From contig CAMDPK010000005.1 in assembly GCA_945904015.1 (NCBI GenBank), positions 1 to 64,000 on the forward strand: a DNA stretch of 64,000 bases. The letters are read 5' to 3'. Positions 27,781 to 37,016 of the stretch are shown here, in pieces. A program made the position numbers and the translations under genes. Within the stretch, counting starts at the first letter, position 1; every line of letters starts with the position of its first letter. Source of the DNA: Candidatus Kuenenia stuttgartensis. GTDB taxonomy: Bacteria; Planctomycetota; Planctomycetia; Planctomycetales; Planctomycetaceae. A model generated the notes under the pieces. The model saw only the letters and a list, made by a program, of their open reading frames with translations, was not told where the DNA came from and did no database searches.

Positions 27781-27952
27781 TCTAGCACGACGCGCCAGCG
27801 AGTGGTCGAATGACCGGCGAATCTCATCTCTCGCTGGCGCGTCGAGCTAAGTGGACCCGCAGAGATCGGTAGGCAGTGGGATAGGCTTCCAGCCTGTCAT
27901 TTCTCGGAAACTTTGACAGGCTGGAAGCCTATCCCACGATGCGGGTCCACTT
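27781..27952. repeat. compound nested hairpin block (F3 arms + F2-like core GGGATAGGCTTCCAGCCTGTCA + outer AAGTGGACCCGCA/TGCGGGTCCACTT)
   Basis: Three nested perfect inverted repeats read directly. The block ends at the stop codon of the convergent amidohydrolase gene. Confidence 0.6.
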
Positions 27953-29669
27953 AGTTCTGTTGCGATCGGGGCTCCTCCGGGAAACTGCCATCGCGAAACA
28001 CGGCTTTGCCTTCCAGCAGTGTCAGCAGAACTTTGGCGAGATGAATTTCGTGCGCCGGGATCTCGAACAAATTTCGGTCGAGGACGACCAGATCGGCCGC
28101 TTTGCCGACTTCGATCGAACCGGTTTCGGCCTCCTCAAAATTCACAAACGCGCCGTTGATCGTGTAGCCGGCCAGCATGAGCGGCAGATCAACGGCCTCA
28201 TCGGGAATCCATGCCGCGCCGGGAGCCTCTTTGATTCCGCGGCGCGTCACGGCGACTTGAATCGCGTCGAGCGGATTCATTGACGACACGGACCAATCAC
28301 TTCCGCAGGCAATCACTGCCCCGGTCTTGGCGACGCTGCGAATCGGGTACAGCCAGCGTGAGCGTTCCGGGCCGAGCACAGGCAGTGTCATGTCAACGAT
28401 ATATGGGTCTGCTTGCGCCCAATACGGCTGGAAGTTGGCCACAACACCGAGCCGCCGAAAGCGTGCGATGTCCGGCGGGTCGAAGAGTTGGATGTGGGCG
28501 ATGTGATGCCGCGAATCGCGGTTGCCGTTGCGATCGCGAGCGAATTCCAGTGCGTCAAGCGAACTCTGAATCCCACGATCGCCAATCGCGTGAATGTGAA
28601 TCTGAAATCCGAGGCGGTCCAGTTCGGCGGCGAGCGGCTTCAGCACTTCTGGTTCGAGATTCAACCAGCCGCGATCATCGCCACCACCGAGATACGGCTG
28701 GAGCAACGCCGCGGTGCGTGATTCGATGACGCCATCTTGGAAAATCTTCACGGCGGTCGTCCGTAGTCGTTTGCTCTGAAACTTCGTGCGCCACTCGACG
28801 AACTGCGGCACCTGAGACATGCCTTTGGCGTTATCGATCCCCATCGCTGCGACCGTTCGCACAGTCAGCTCGCCGGACTTGTCGAGTTCCGCGAAGGCGT
28901 TGAGATGCTGGTCGGTGACTCGCGCCTCCTGCACGGAGGTGATGCCAAAACGGTTGGCAATCTCCAAGCCGCGACGAAGTCCAGTGACGAATTCTTCGTG
29001 TGAGTACGGCGGAGTTTTGAGAATGACCAGCCGCGCCGCCGACTCGCGAAGCGTGCCGGTCGCCTCGCCGGTTTTGGGATCGCGCTCGATGCGTCCACGC
29101 GGCGGGTCGGGAGTCTCTTTCGTGATCCCGGCGATTTCCAAAGCTCGCGAGTTCACCCACGACGAATGCCCGTCGAACGCATCGAGAATCACCGGCCGAT
29201 CCGGCACGATCTTGTCGAGCAACTCTTTGTGCGGATTGCCCCCGCTCAACGTCAACGGCCACCCGCCGCCGCGAATCCATTTCTTGTCGGGATGTCGCTT
29301 CGCAAACTGGCGCACCGCCTCAAGGACTTGGTCCATCGTCACCAATCCGTTGAGATTGCACTCGTCCAACTCGATGCCGCCACCCACCAGATGCACATGC
29401 GAGTCGTGAAAGCCCGGCAGCAGCATTTTGCCGTGAAGATCAATGCTGCGAGTCTGTGCTCCGATCCACGGCGCGAGGCCGGCATCAGTCCCAACGTACA
29501 CAATTCGTCCCGCGCGAATCGCGACAGCCTCGGCCCAGCTCCGTGCCGCATCAACGGTGTACACGCCACCGCCTCGGAACACGCAGTCGGCCGGCAGCGG
29601 CACGGCAGATTGGGCCGCGGCGACCGAGTGAAGTCCGATCAGCAACAACAGAACAGGCCGTGCCAACAT
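27951..29669 (-). CDS. secreted metal-dependent amidohydrolase (Amidohydro_3-like)
   Basis: ATG at 29669 (MLARPVLLLLIGLHSVAAAQS, signal peptide). GFHDSHVHL is the HxH metal motif. ...HIHAIGDRG and C-terminal ...ACGSDW are typical amidohydrolase-superfamily ligand motifs. Confidence 0.7.
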   Translation of the reverse strand: MLARPVLLLLIGLHSVAAAQSAVPLPADCVFRGGGVYTVDAARSWAEAVAIRAGRIVYVGTDAGLAPWIGAQTRSIDLHGKMLLPGFHDSHVHLVGGGIELDECNLNGLVTMDQVLEAVRQFAKRHPDKKWIRGGGWPLTLSGGNPHKELLDKIVPDRPVILDAFDGHSSWVNSRALEIAGITKETPDPPRGRIERDPKTGEATGTLRESAARLVILKTPPYSHEEFVTGLRRGLEIANRFGITSVQEARVTDQHLNAFAELDKSGELTVRTVAAMGIDNAKGMSQVPQFVEWRTKFQSKRLRTTAVKIFQDGVIESRTAALLQPYLGGGDDRGWLNLEPEVLKPLAAELDRLGFQIHIHAIGDRGIQSSLDALEFARDRNGNRDSRHHIAHIQLFDPPDIARFRRLGVVANFQPYWAQADPYIVDMTLPVLGPERSRWLYPIRSVAKTGAVIACGSDWSVSSMNPLDAIQVAVTRRGIKEAPGAAWIPDEAVDLPLMLAGYTINGAFVNFEEAETGSIEVGKAADLVVLDRNLFEIPAHEIHLAKVLLTLLEGKAVFRDGSFPEEPRSQQN

Positions 29670-30108
29670 GGTTCGTCCTCGACTGAGAAACCCTCCAACG
29701 ACAACTCTATCGCGTGGGACAAGCACGCTTCGAACGCCGCCCCCCAATCTCACTGCTATTACGGCATTGGTCAACTCGTGGTCAGAGCGATTGCGCGACG
29801 TTGGGCGACCTGCGAATTGGAGTATAGCAATTTGAGGAGTCGGCTTGGCAGGATGCTGGGCGATCAAATGGCGTTCGCGTTTCAGGATAAGCATCGTGCC
29901 CTCAAGTGTGAGTGTCGCGATTCGGAAACTTTTCTCGGAGTTGACATCCCAGACGGCGAGCGGTGATCTATACGTTGATCAACGTGGTAACGATTGCGGT
30001 GCGCGCGGTGGTCTGCGGAGCGGACGACTTCGTGGCCATCGCCGCATGGGACGCACCAAGCAGGAGTGGCTAGCGAAGTTTCTGGATGCGAACTGAAAGG
30101 ACCGATTC

Positions 30109-31533
30109 GTGGACCAACAACGATGGCGTTTTCAAGACGGGATCTCGCTGGCCGCGTTCGTCGCGATGAGCTTGGTTTCACTTTCGATCTTCCCCTCTAC
30201 GGCGATCCTCGCCGCGGAGACTCCGTCGTCGCGGCCGAACGTCGTGCTCATCATGGCGGATGATCTCGGCTACGAGACGATCGGCGCGAATGGCGGCACG
30301 TCGTATCGGACTCCGGTGCTCGACAAGCTGGCGACCGGGGGCGTGCGGTTCGATCAGTGTTATGTGCAGCCGCTCTGTACGCCGACGCGAGTGCAATTGA
30401 TGACCGGGGCGTACAACGTCCGCAACTACATCACGTTTGGCAAGATGGACCCGGAGCTGACCACGTTCGGCAATCTCTTCAAGACTGCCGGCTACGCGAC
30501 CTGCATCACCGGCAAGTGGCAGCTTGGTCAAGACCCCGATCTGCCGAAGAAATACGGCTTCGATGAGTACTGCCTGTGGCAACACACGCGCCGCCCGCCG
30601 CGGTACGCGAACGCCGGGCTAGAGATCAACGGCGTCGAGAAGGATTCCTCGAACGGCGAGTACGGTCCCGATCTGGTCAACGACTACGCTCGCGATTTCA
30701 TCGGGCGGCACAAGGACAAGCCGTTCTTCCTGTATTACCCGATGATGCTGACTCACTCGCCGTATCAGCCGACGCCCGATAGCAAGACGTGGGATCCGCA
30801 GGCGAAAGGCGAGAATGTGAATCAGCGGCCCGAGCACTTCGGCGACATGGTCGAATACATGGACAAGCTGATTGGCCGGCTGATCGGGACGCTCGACGAG
30901 CACGGTCTGCGACGGAACACGCTGCTGATTTTCCTGGGCGACAACGGGACCGGCAATGGGACGAAGTCGATGATGGGAGACCGCATCGTCATCGGCGGCA
31001 AAGGGACCACGACTGCCGCTGGCATGCACGTCCCCGGCATCGTGAGCTGGCCCACCGTCATCACGACCGGCCGAGTCTGCCACGATCTGTTGGACAGCAC
31101 CGATTTCCTGCCGACGATCTGCGAAGCCGCAGGAGTCAAGATTCCCGCGAGCCTGACGCTCGACGGACACAGCGTGCTGCCGCAGCTTCGCGGCGACAAA
31201 GGGGAACCGCGCGAGTGGATTTACTCGTGGTACTCGCCGCGCGGCGAGCGGTTGCGCGAGTTCGCGTTCGATCAGCTTTTCAAACTGTACCGCAACGGTG
31301 AGTTCTTCGATCTGACCGCCGACCGTGACGAGAAACATCCGCTGCCAGTCGCCTCGCTGAAAGAGGATGCCGCCGCAACCGCCAAACGATTGCAGGCGGC
31401 ACTCAACGGGTTCGACAACGCCCGGCCCGCCAAGCTGCTTCGGCCGGAAGCGAGCGAAGCTCCCGCGGACAAGCCGACCAAGAAAGCCCAGAAGAAGGCC
31501 AACAAGAAAGGGGCCGCCACGAAAGCCCGCTGA
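30109..31533 (+). CDS. formylglycine-dependent sulfatase (arylsulfatase family)
   Basis: Signal peptide. IMADDLGY and [11 protein letters not shown] form the C-x-P-x-R sulfatase signature. Lys-rich C-terminal tail. Confidence 0.8.
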   Translation: MDQQRWRFQDGISLAAFVAMSLVSLSIFPSTAILAAETPSSRPNVVLIMADDLGYETIGANGGTSYRTPVLDKLATGGVRFDQCYVQPLCTPTRVQLMTGAYNVRNYITFGKMDPELTTFGNLFKTAGYATCITGKWQLGQDPDLPKKYGFDEYCLWQHTRRPPRYANAGLEINGVEKDSSNGEYGPDLVNDYARDFIGRHKDKPFFLYYPMMLTHSPYQPTPDSKTWDPQAKGENVNQRPEHFGDMVEYMDKLIGRLIGTLDEHGLRRNTLLIFLGDNGTGNGTKSMMGDRIVIGGKGTTTAAGMHVPGIVSWPTVITTGRVCHDLLDSTDFLPTICEAAGVKIPASLTLDGHSVLPQLRGDKGEPREWIYSWYSPRGERLREFAFDQLFKLYRNGEFFDLTADRDEKHPLPVASLKEDAAATAKRLQAALNGFDNARPAKLLRPEASEAPADKPTKKAQKKANKKGAATKAR

Positions 31534-31572
31534 ACACGATCCCGCCTCTGGACGCTGTGTCGCGTTTCGCGA

Positions 31573-32679
31573 TCACCGTTTCGCAATCACAATCGAGGAC
31601 GCCATCACGGCGAGCACTGCGAGCGCGAACAAAAGGCTGAGGTGACCTCCGGCAGAAGAAGTGTGGGTGAGATTGGCCGGAGTTGGCTGTGAAGCGTGTG
31701 ATGCGTGGCCGGAGGGGATTGCGATTAAGGTTGGCTCGGAGTCGGTTGTGGAATCGCTCGCGGTGTCTGGTGAAGGCTCGGAGGTCTCGCCATAGAGTCG
31801 CTCTTCCCAGTTCATCTCGCAGAGCAAATCGAAGCCTGGGTTTTGTTGTTTGACCTGACAGGAGCAGGCACCGCACAGATACCGAGTCAGGTCGCTGATG
31901 GAATCGGGATCGACTTCGCGAGCGGATTGCACATTCAGCACTCGTCCGCGACCGAAGACAGGGGCGAGATACGAATCGCTCGCCAGCGGTGGCTTCGCGA
32001 AGCCTCCATGCAGCAGCTTGATGAGAGCTTGCTCGGCGCGCGAGTCCGTGGAAAGTTCAACGACGGAGAACTTCAGGTGCAGCGGAATCCTGGCACGCAA
32101 CTCGGAGCCGGGTTGGCCGACACCGGGAGGCAGCTCGATCTGATCGGCGAGGTTTTCGAGTGCAGAGTCGAGAGCTGCTTTCGCGCGGGCGGCTTGCTGT
32201 TTGTCGGTGCCTCGCACGAGCAGCCAGACGACGGCGTCCCCTTGAAGCAAGCGTTGCGCGACGTCGCGACGTGCGGGTGACGTCGCGAGTGTGTCCAAGA
32301 AGGGGTCGCTCAAACGTCCTTGCCACACGATGGATTGCCCGGTGGCTTTGCGTGGCGTTCGCACGACGACGGCCGGCAGCGGGGCGTCCTTCAGCGATTG
32401 CCACAGGGCGAGCAAATCGGCCGGCACGCGGCCATCCAGATCGCAGCGCACGACTTCCAGATTCACCTGGCCGCCATTGTGAACAGCGAGGTCTTCCAAT
32501 TGATTCAGGCATTTCGCATCCGTGCCGTTCAAGGGTCCGCGGTAGAAGACGGAGACCTCAAACAAGTCGGGGGACCAGCGCTCCAACGCAAATCGAAATA
32601 CCGGGATCGAGCACGCGGGAAGCGTTTGTGCCGACGCCAAGAACGCCAGCAGAGTCAGAACGAAGAGACGCAGCGACAT
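31573..32679 (-). CDS. partner protein A: secreted protein with C-terminal TM anchor, paralog of 40884-42146
   Basis: Signal peptide. Conserved blocks shared with partner B are PVFRFALERW.PD, AVWLLL, PVFGRGR and CGACSCQVKQQNPGFDLL. C-terminal hydrophobic segment LLFALAVLAVMASSIVIAKR. No family recognised. Confidence 0.6.
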   Translation of the reverse strand: MSLRLFVLTLLAFLASAQTLPACSIPVFRFALERWSPDLFEVSVFYRGPLNGTDAKCLNQLEDLAVHNGGQVNLEVVRCDLDGRVPADLLALWQSLKDAPLPAVVVRTPRKATGQSIVWQGRLSDPFLDTLATSPARRDVAQRLLQGDAVVWLLVRGTDKQQAARAKAALDSALENLADQIELPPGVGQPGSELRARIPLHLKFSVVELSTDSRAEQALIKLLHGGFAKPPLASDSYLAPVFGRGRVLNVQSAREVDPDSISDLTRYLCGACSCQVKQQNPGFDLLCEMNWEERLYGETSEPSPDTASDSTTDSEPTLIAIPSGHASHASQPTPANLTHTSSAGGHLSLLFALAVLAVMASSIVIAKR

Positions 32680-32732
32680 GATTCACAACCAAAATGGACG
32701 GGCAAAGAGGATAGCGCGGCGAAACCGCAAAT

Positions 32733-32846
32733 CAGTGCAAAGTGAAGAGTGCAGACTGCAAAGTGCAAAGTGCAAAATTGGGGTGACGGAATGATTGCTT
32801 GTTCGACATTTTTCACTTTGCAGTCTGCACTCTTCACTTTGCACTC
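32733..32846. repeat. large inverted repeat (33-nt arms, ~48-nt loop) with internal GCAAAGTG tandem repeats
   Basis: CAGTGCAAAGTGAAGAGTGCAGACTGCAAAGTG ... CACTTTGCAGTCTGCACTCTTCACTTTGCACTC. Located in the 197-nt gap between giant gene A (stop 32877) and partner A (start 32679). Confidence 0.6.
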
Positions 32847-32876
32847 TCAATCCATCTGGCGAACGTGGCTACAAAC

Positions 32877-35800
32877 CTACTGCCCAAGGCACAGCACTTT
32901 GCCGTCGATGGTGGCGACGAAGATGCGGCCGTAGGCGGTGGACATGCCGTCCCAGACGGGCGTGCTTTTGAATTGAACGTTGCTGACGGCGCGGCCATCT
33001 TTCAACGAGACGGCGAACAACTGGAAGCCGAGTTTGCCTTCCAGCGCGTCATCTTGTTTTTGAAGCTGCGCGTGAATCGCCGGGTCTTTCGCGGCGAGAC
33101 GTTCAAAGGCGTATTCCTCGTCGAGGAAATCCGGCGGGCCGGCGTACAGCAGCGAATCTTTGCCGAGCACCATGCTGCGGCAAAACACCGGACTGAACTG
33201 AGTCCATTGATGCTCGAAGTGCAGGCCGCCCGGTTTTGCATTGCCGCCAGTCGCTGCTGCGGCCAGCTTCGGGAACAGCACGCAGGTTCCGATGCGACCT
33301 TGTCCGGTCGGCTGGCCGCCGAGATCGCCGTCGTTCTTGTGTCCCGAATCATCTCGCGCCGAGCCGTTATCGAACGTCAGTGCGACCTGAGCTTGAGCCG
33401 TCAGCCGCCGGGACTTTTCGGGATCGTCATGCGCTTCGGTAATTTCGGTGGCGGTCAGTTCGCGATGGAAGATGCGCACCTCGTCAACGGCTCCGACCAA
33501 TGGCGACGGACTTTTGTAATCTCCCACCGAGCCGCCGTTGTCGCCGCCGATCTCCAAAGGCTGAGCGGGATTGGTCGCGATCAACGCCTTGCTTTCGGAC
33601 TTCGCTTGCAGCTTGCCATTCACGTAAAGCTTCATCGACTTGTCCGCGCCGAGCACTCCGGCCAGATGACACCAGCCGTTCGGCAGCCGAATGTCGGCCG
33701 TCGCCGTCGCGAGTTCATTGGCGGCTCGGACATGGAACGACGGTTTGCGACCTTCAAACGTCAAGGCGTATCCGTTCGTCGGGCCGCCGTGCGCCACGAC
33801 GACTCCGGCCGGAGCGTCGGCCTTCACCCAGGCTTCGACGGTCAACGCCGTCTTGGCTGGATCGAGCGAATCGGTCTTCTCGAAGGAGACGGTGAAGGCG
33901 TCGCCGACAGCGCGTTTGCCTTTCGCGCCCGGCTTAGCACCGGCTCCTGCGACTGGCGCGTCACCGGCGGCATCGCGACTGGAGGAGAAGAGCTGATGTT
34001 CGAGCGTCGTGGTCCAGCGGTAGTACTGCGGCTGTCGTGCGTAGCCGAAGACGTCTTTGTCATTGAAGACCAGGATGCGGCCGGATGGCGTGTACTTGCC
34101 GGCTTGGTAGTAGCCGTTGTGTCCTCCGGCGAAGCTTTTGCCATAGACCCAATACGAACGATGGAACCAACTGTCGTCGAGGTAGCCCATCGGCGCGAAC
34201 AAATGCCGGCCGGGGCCTTTTTGATCTCCCCCTTGTTCCTCCGCATTGCCGGAGATCGGACCAATGTCGATGCGTTGGCCCTGAGCGTCAAACTTTTGAG
34301 ACCGCAGATAAATGAACTCGTTGTCGGACGAGAGGAGGTCGTTCAAGCCGACCGGCATCTGCAAGGTCTTCAGGCGGACTTGAATGTCCTCGCCGGTAAC
34401 TGGATCGCGATCGTCCATCACCGTCTCCGACAACTTCGTGCCGGTACGCGGATCGAGCCGCATGTAGCGCATGCCTTGATCGAGGAAGCTCGATCGTCCG
34501 CAGACGAATGTTGCAATGTCTTTTTCGACCAGCACCGATCCATGCACGGGCCAGACCGATTCAATCTGCTCGAACGAACCCAAGCGGCGATCGACCGGGG
34601 CGGCTCGGTAGCGCCACGCCAGCGCCCCATCGGACGCGCGCAGGCAATAGACCCAGCCGTCCACCGAGCCGAACAGCAGCCGGCCTTTCCAGTACGTCGG
34701 CGGCGAATCGACACGCCCGCCGGCCGTGAAGGTCCAGCGCGATTTCCCGTTGGCCACGTCGAGCGCATGCACGGTGTGCTGGTCAATCTGCGCGACGAAC
34801 ACGAGCCTTTCGGCAATCGTGAGCGCGGACAGACGACCCGGCAGCTTGATCTCCCAAGCCATGCTCAAGTCTTCGAGCAGTTCCTGTCCGGAAGAGCCAC
34901 TGCGGGCGTTATCGTGCCGATACGCCGGCCACTCCTCGACGGTCGCGTCACGCTCTTTGATCGAGTCGAACGCCAGACCTTTCTCCAAACGATCGGCCTC
35001 GGAAATCTCCTTCGGCAGCCGAGCGGACTTCAACGGCGGAGCCAGCGCGTTCAGCCCATACAGCTTTGCTTCGGGATAGCAGGCGCAGTCGTGCGGCGGA
35101 GCGTAGATCAAACCGTTGCACGGCATGACTCCGTACAAACAACCGCCGCGCACCCAGTGGTTGATGTCCCAGTGCTTGGCATTGAAGTCCACCAACTCGA
35201 TCCCCGTTCGCGACGGAATTAAGAAGCGATCGGTCGCCTTAGCGATGTAGCAGCGATGGTGAAACCAGTACGTGTCGATGTCGGGAGCAAACTGCGATTT
35301 CACTTCGCCCGATTTCGGATCGCGACCGGTGTAGATGCCCGAGTCTCGTCCGCTCGTCGTGGGAGCAACCCACACCAACCCGCCAGTGCAAATCAAATCC
35401 TGCGGCGATTGATAGCCGGACGGAGCATGCTCGGATTCCCACAGCAGTTTGCCATCGGACGCCGAACACGACTGCATCCGACCATCGCCGCCGGCATGCA
35501 GAACGACCTCGCCGTGCAGCACCAGCCGCGGAGCGAAATGGAACGGCAGCGCCTTGCGTCGCGCCGTCGGCTCGCTAGTCCATTGTTTCTGCCCCGTCAC
35601 GCGGTCGAGGCTCACGATCTCCTTGCCGTTCGAGTAGACCAGCCGCTGGTCGTTGACCGCCATCGTCAGCGGCACGATCGTCCCTTCGATCTTCCACAGG
35701 CGCTTGCCGGTCGCGGCATCGTGAGCCTGAATCTCGCGCGGGCCTTCGTTCCAGGTGAACTCACCGGCAACGCGGCCTTGATCGCCGGTGTTCAGCTTCG

Positions 35801-36785
35801 GGGCAAAGTCTTCCAACTCGGACGGGTTCGGATTGACGAGCGTGAACATCACGCTGTTGCTCAGCACAATCTCTTCCGCACCCTTCGTCGATTCGTAGAC
35901 CAACTCCGTTTTGCCCGTCGCGGCATCGAGCCGACTGACCGGGTCTTTGATCCCCATCGTCACATAGACGTGTTCGTCATCCGCGACCAACCGGCGAGCC
36001 AATTGCGTCGGCCCGCTCTTGAGCGGCCACATTTGATTGTGCCACTTGGCGATCGGCCGCTTCCACAGAATCGTGCCGTTGAAGCCGTCGCGCGAGATGA
36101 GGTTCCACTTCGACGGAAGCTGGATCGAAATCCGCGAGCCTTCATCCATGATGTAAGTCATGCGTCCCTTGGCCGAGACCAGAGCACTCATGCTCGCCAT
36201 GCGATCGTGATGCCGCGACCAACGGGGCGACCCGACCCACTGCAACCGCTCCGGCGTATCGACCACGCTATCGTGAGCAACCGGATTGCCGCTCGCGTCG
36301 TGAAAGTAGTGCGTCCAATCGTCGATGTCCTTCGGCCACGGCTTGGCGAGCTTGGTCCATTCGCCGCTCTGTTTGAGATAACCGACTCCATTCGGACAAA
36401 GCACTCGCAGCACTTCGTCCGTCGAAACGCCCAGCAACTCTTCCGCAACTACCAGATTCACGAAATTGTCGATGTAAGGCAGCGACGTTCCACTGAGCCG
36501 ATCGACGGAGACCGGCCCATAAACTCCCTTCGCTCGCAGATTGCGGCGTGCCTTCGCCACGTCGTCAGCATCCGGATCAAGTCCTTGCACCTGATAGCTG
36601 TCACTCGCCCGCAGCGCGGCCGTGAGTACTCCATCGCCGCTCCCCAAATGGACGACGATGCCTCCCTTGATCCCGGTCGCCTTGAGAATCTCCGCCGCTC
36701 GTTCCTTGGGAGCGACATTCTCTTGAGCCACCGCGACGGCCCCCAACACGATCCAGCAACCGACCGAGCATTTCCAAAAAGTCAT
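32877..36785 (-). CDS. giant secreted protein A: methyltransferase-like Rossmann domain + PQQ-like beta-propellers + LamG/concanavalin-like lectin domain
   Basis: ORF 32877-36797; ATG at 36785. Signal peptide. N-terminal class-I MTase-like motifs (VVHLGSGDG, VQGLDPD). Propeller blades with the conserved motif WTHYFHDASGNPV...LQWVGS and Cys cluster HHRCY...GGCLYGVMPCNGLIYAPPHDCACY. C-terminal LamG-like segment (EAWVKADAPAGVVVAHG...LYVNGKL...VDEVRIF). Confidence 0.7.
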   Translation of the reverse strand: MTFWKCSVGCWIVLGAVAVAQENVAPKERAAEILKATGIKGGIVVHLGSGDGVLTAALRASDSYQVQGLDPDADDVAKARRNLRAKGVYGPVSVDRLSGTSLPYIDNFVNLVVAEELLGVSTDEVLRVLCPNGVGYLKQSGEWTKLAKPWPKDIDDWTHYFHDASGNPVAHDSVVDTPERLQWVGSPRWSRHHDRMASMSALVSAKGRMTYIMDEGSRISIQLPSKWNLISRDGFNGTILWKRPIAKWHNQMWPLKSGPTQLARRLVADDEHVYVTMGIKDPVSRLDAATGKTELVYESTKGAEEIVLSNSVMFTLVNPNPSELEDFAPKLNTGDQGRVAGEFTWNEGPREIQAHDAATGKRLWKIEGTIVPLTMAVNDQRLVYSNGKEIVSLDRVTGQKQWTSEPTARRKALPFHFAPRLVLHGEVVLHAGGDGRMQSCSASDGKLLWESEHAPSGYQSPQDLICTGGLVWVAPTTSGRDSGIYTGRDPKSGEVKSQFAPDIDTYWFHHRCYIAKATDRFLIPSRTGIELVDFNAKHWDINHWVRGGCLYGVMPCNGLIYAPPHDCACYPEAKLYGLNALAPPLKSARLPKEISEADRLEKGLAFDSIKERDATVEEWPAYRHDNARSGSSGQELLEDLSMAWEIKLPGRLSALTIAERLVFVAQIDQHTVHALDVANGKSRWTFTAGGRVDSPPTYWKGRLLFGSVDGWVYCLRASDGALAWRYRAAPVDRRLGSFEQIESVWPVHGSVLVEKDIATFVCGRSSFLDQGMRYMRLDPRTGTKLSETVMDDRDPVTGEDIQVRLKTLQMPVGLNDLLSSDNEFIYLRSQKFDAQGQRIDIGPISGNAEEQGGDQKGPGRHLFAPMGYLDDSWFHRSYWVYGKSFAGGHNGYYQAGKYTPSGRILVFNDKDVFGYARQPQYYRWTTTLEHQLFSSSRDAAGDAPVAGAGAKPGAKGKRAVGDAFTVSFEKTDSLDPAKTALTVEAWVKADAPAGVVVAHGGPTNGYALTFEGRKPSFHVRAANELATATADIRLPNGWCHLAGVLGADKSMKLYVNGKLQAKSESKALIATNPAQPLEIGGDNGGSVGDYKSPSPLVGAVDEVRIFHRELTATEITEAHDDPEKSRRLTAQAQVALTFDNGSARDDSGHKNDGDLGGQPTGQGRIGTCVLFPKLAAAATGGNAKPGGLHFEHQWTQFSPVFCRSMVLGKDSLLYAGPPDFLDEEYAFERLAAKDPAIHAQLQKQDDALEGKLGFQLFAVSLKDGRAVSNVQFKSTPVWDGMSTAYGRIFVATIDGKVLCLGQ

Positions 36786-37016
36786 CGCCGACCTCAACCA
36801 TATCGAGTGCAGAATCGACCGGAATTGGACATTTTTGATCCGCTGCAGAGTACCCCGTCTGCTCGTGATCTTGAACCGTGCAAGGAATTCACAGGCGACT
36901 CTTTGGGCAATTGGCTGGGAAGTGGCCGGAACTCTGAGTATTTTGCATGTGCCGTAAACGGCCTGCCGCGTTCTCTGCTCTGTCGAATGCCCGCCCCGAG
37001 AAATTGAGATTGTCGG

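Noticed and set aside
36798-37016. Sigma-54-like TGGCC...TTGCA in the divergent promoter between giants A and B
   Set aside because: The spacer is 16 nt rather than the required 5 nt after TGGCAC, so it is not a match.
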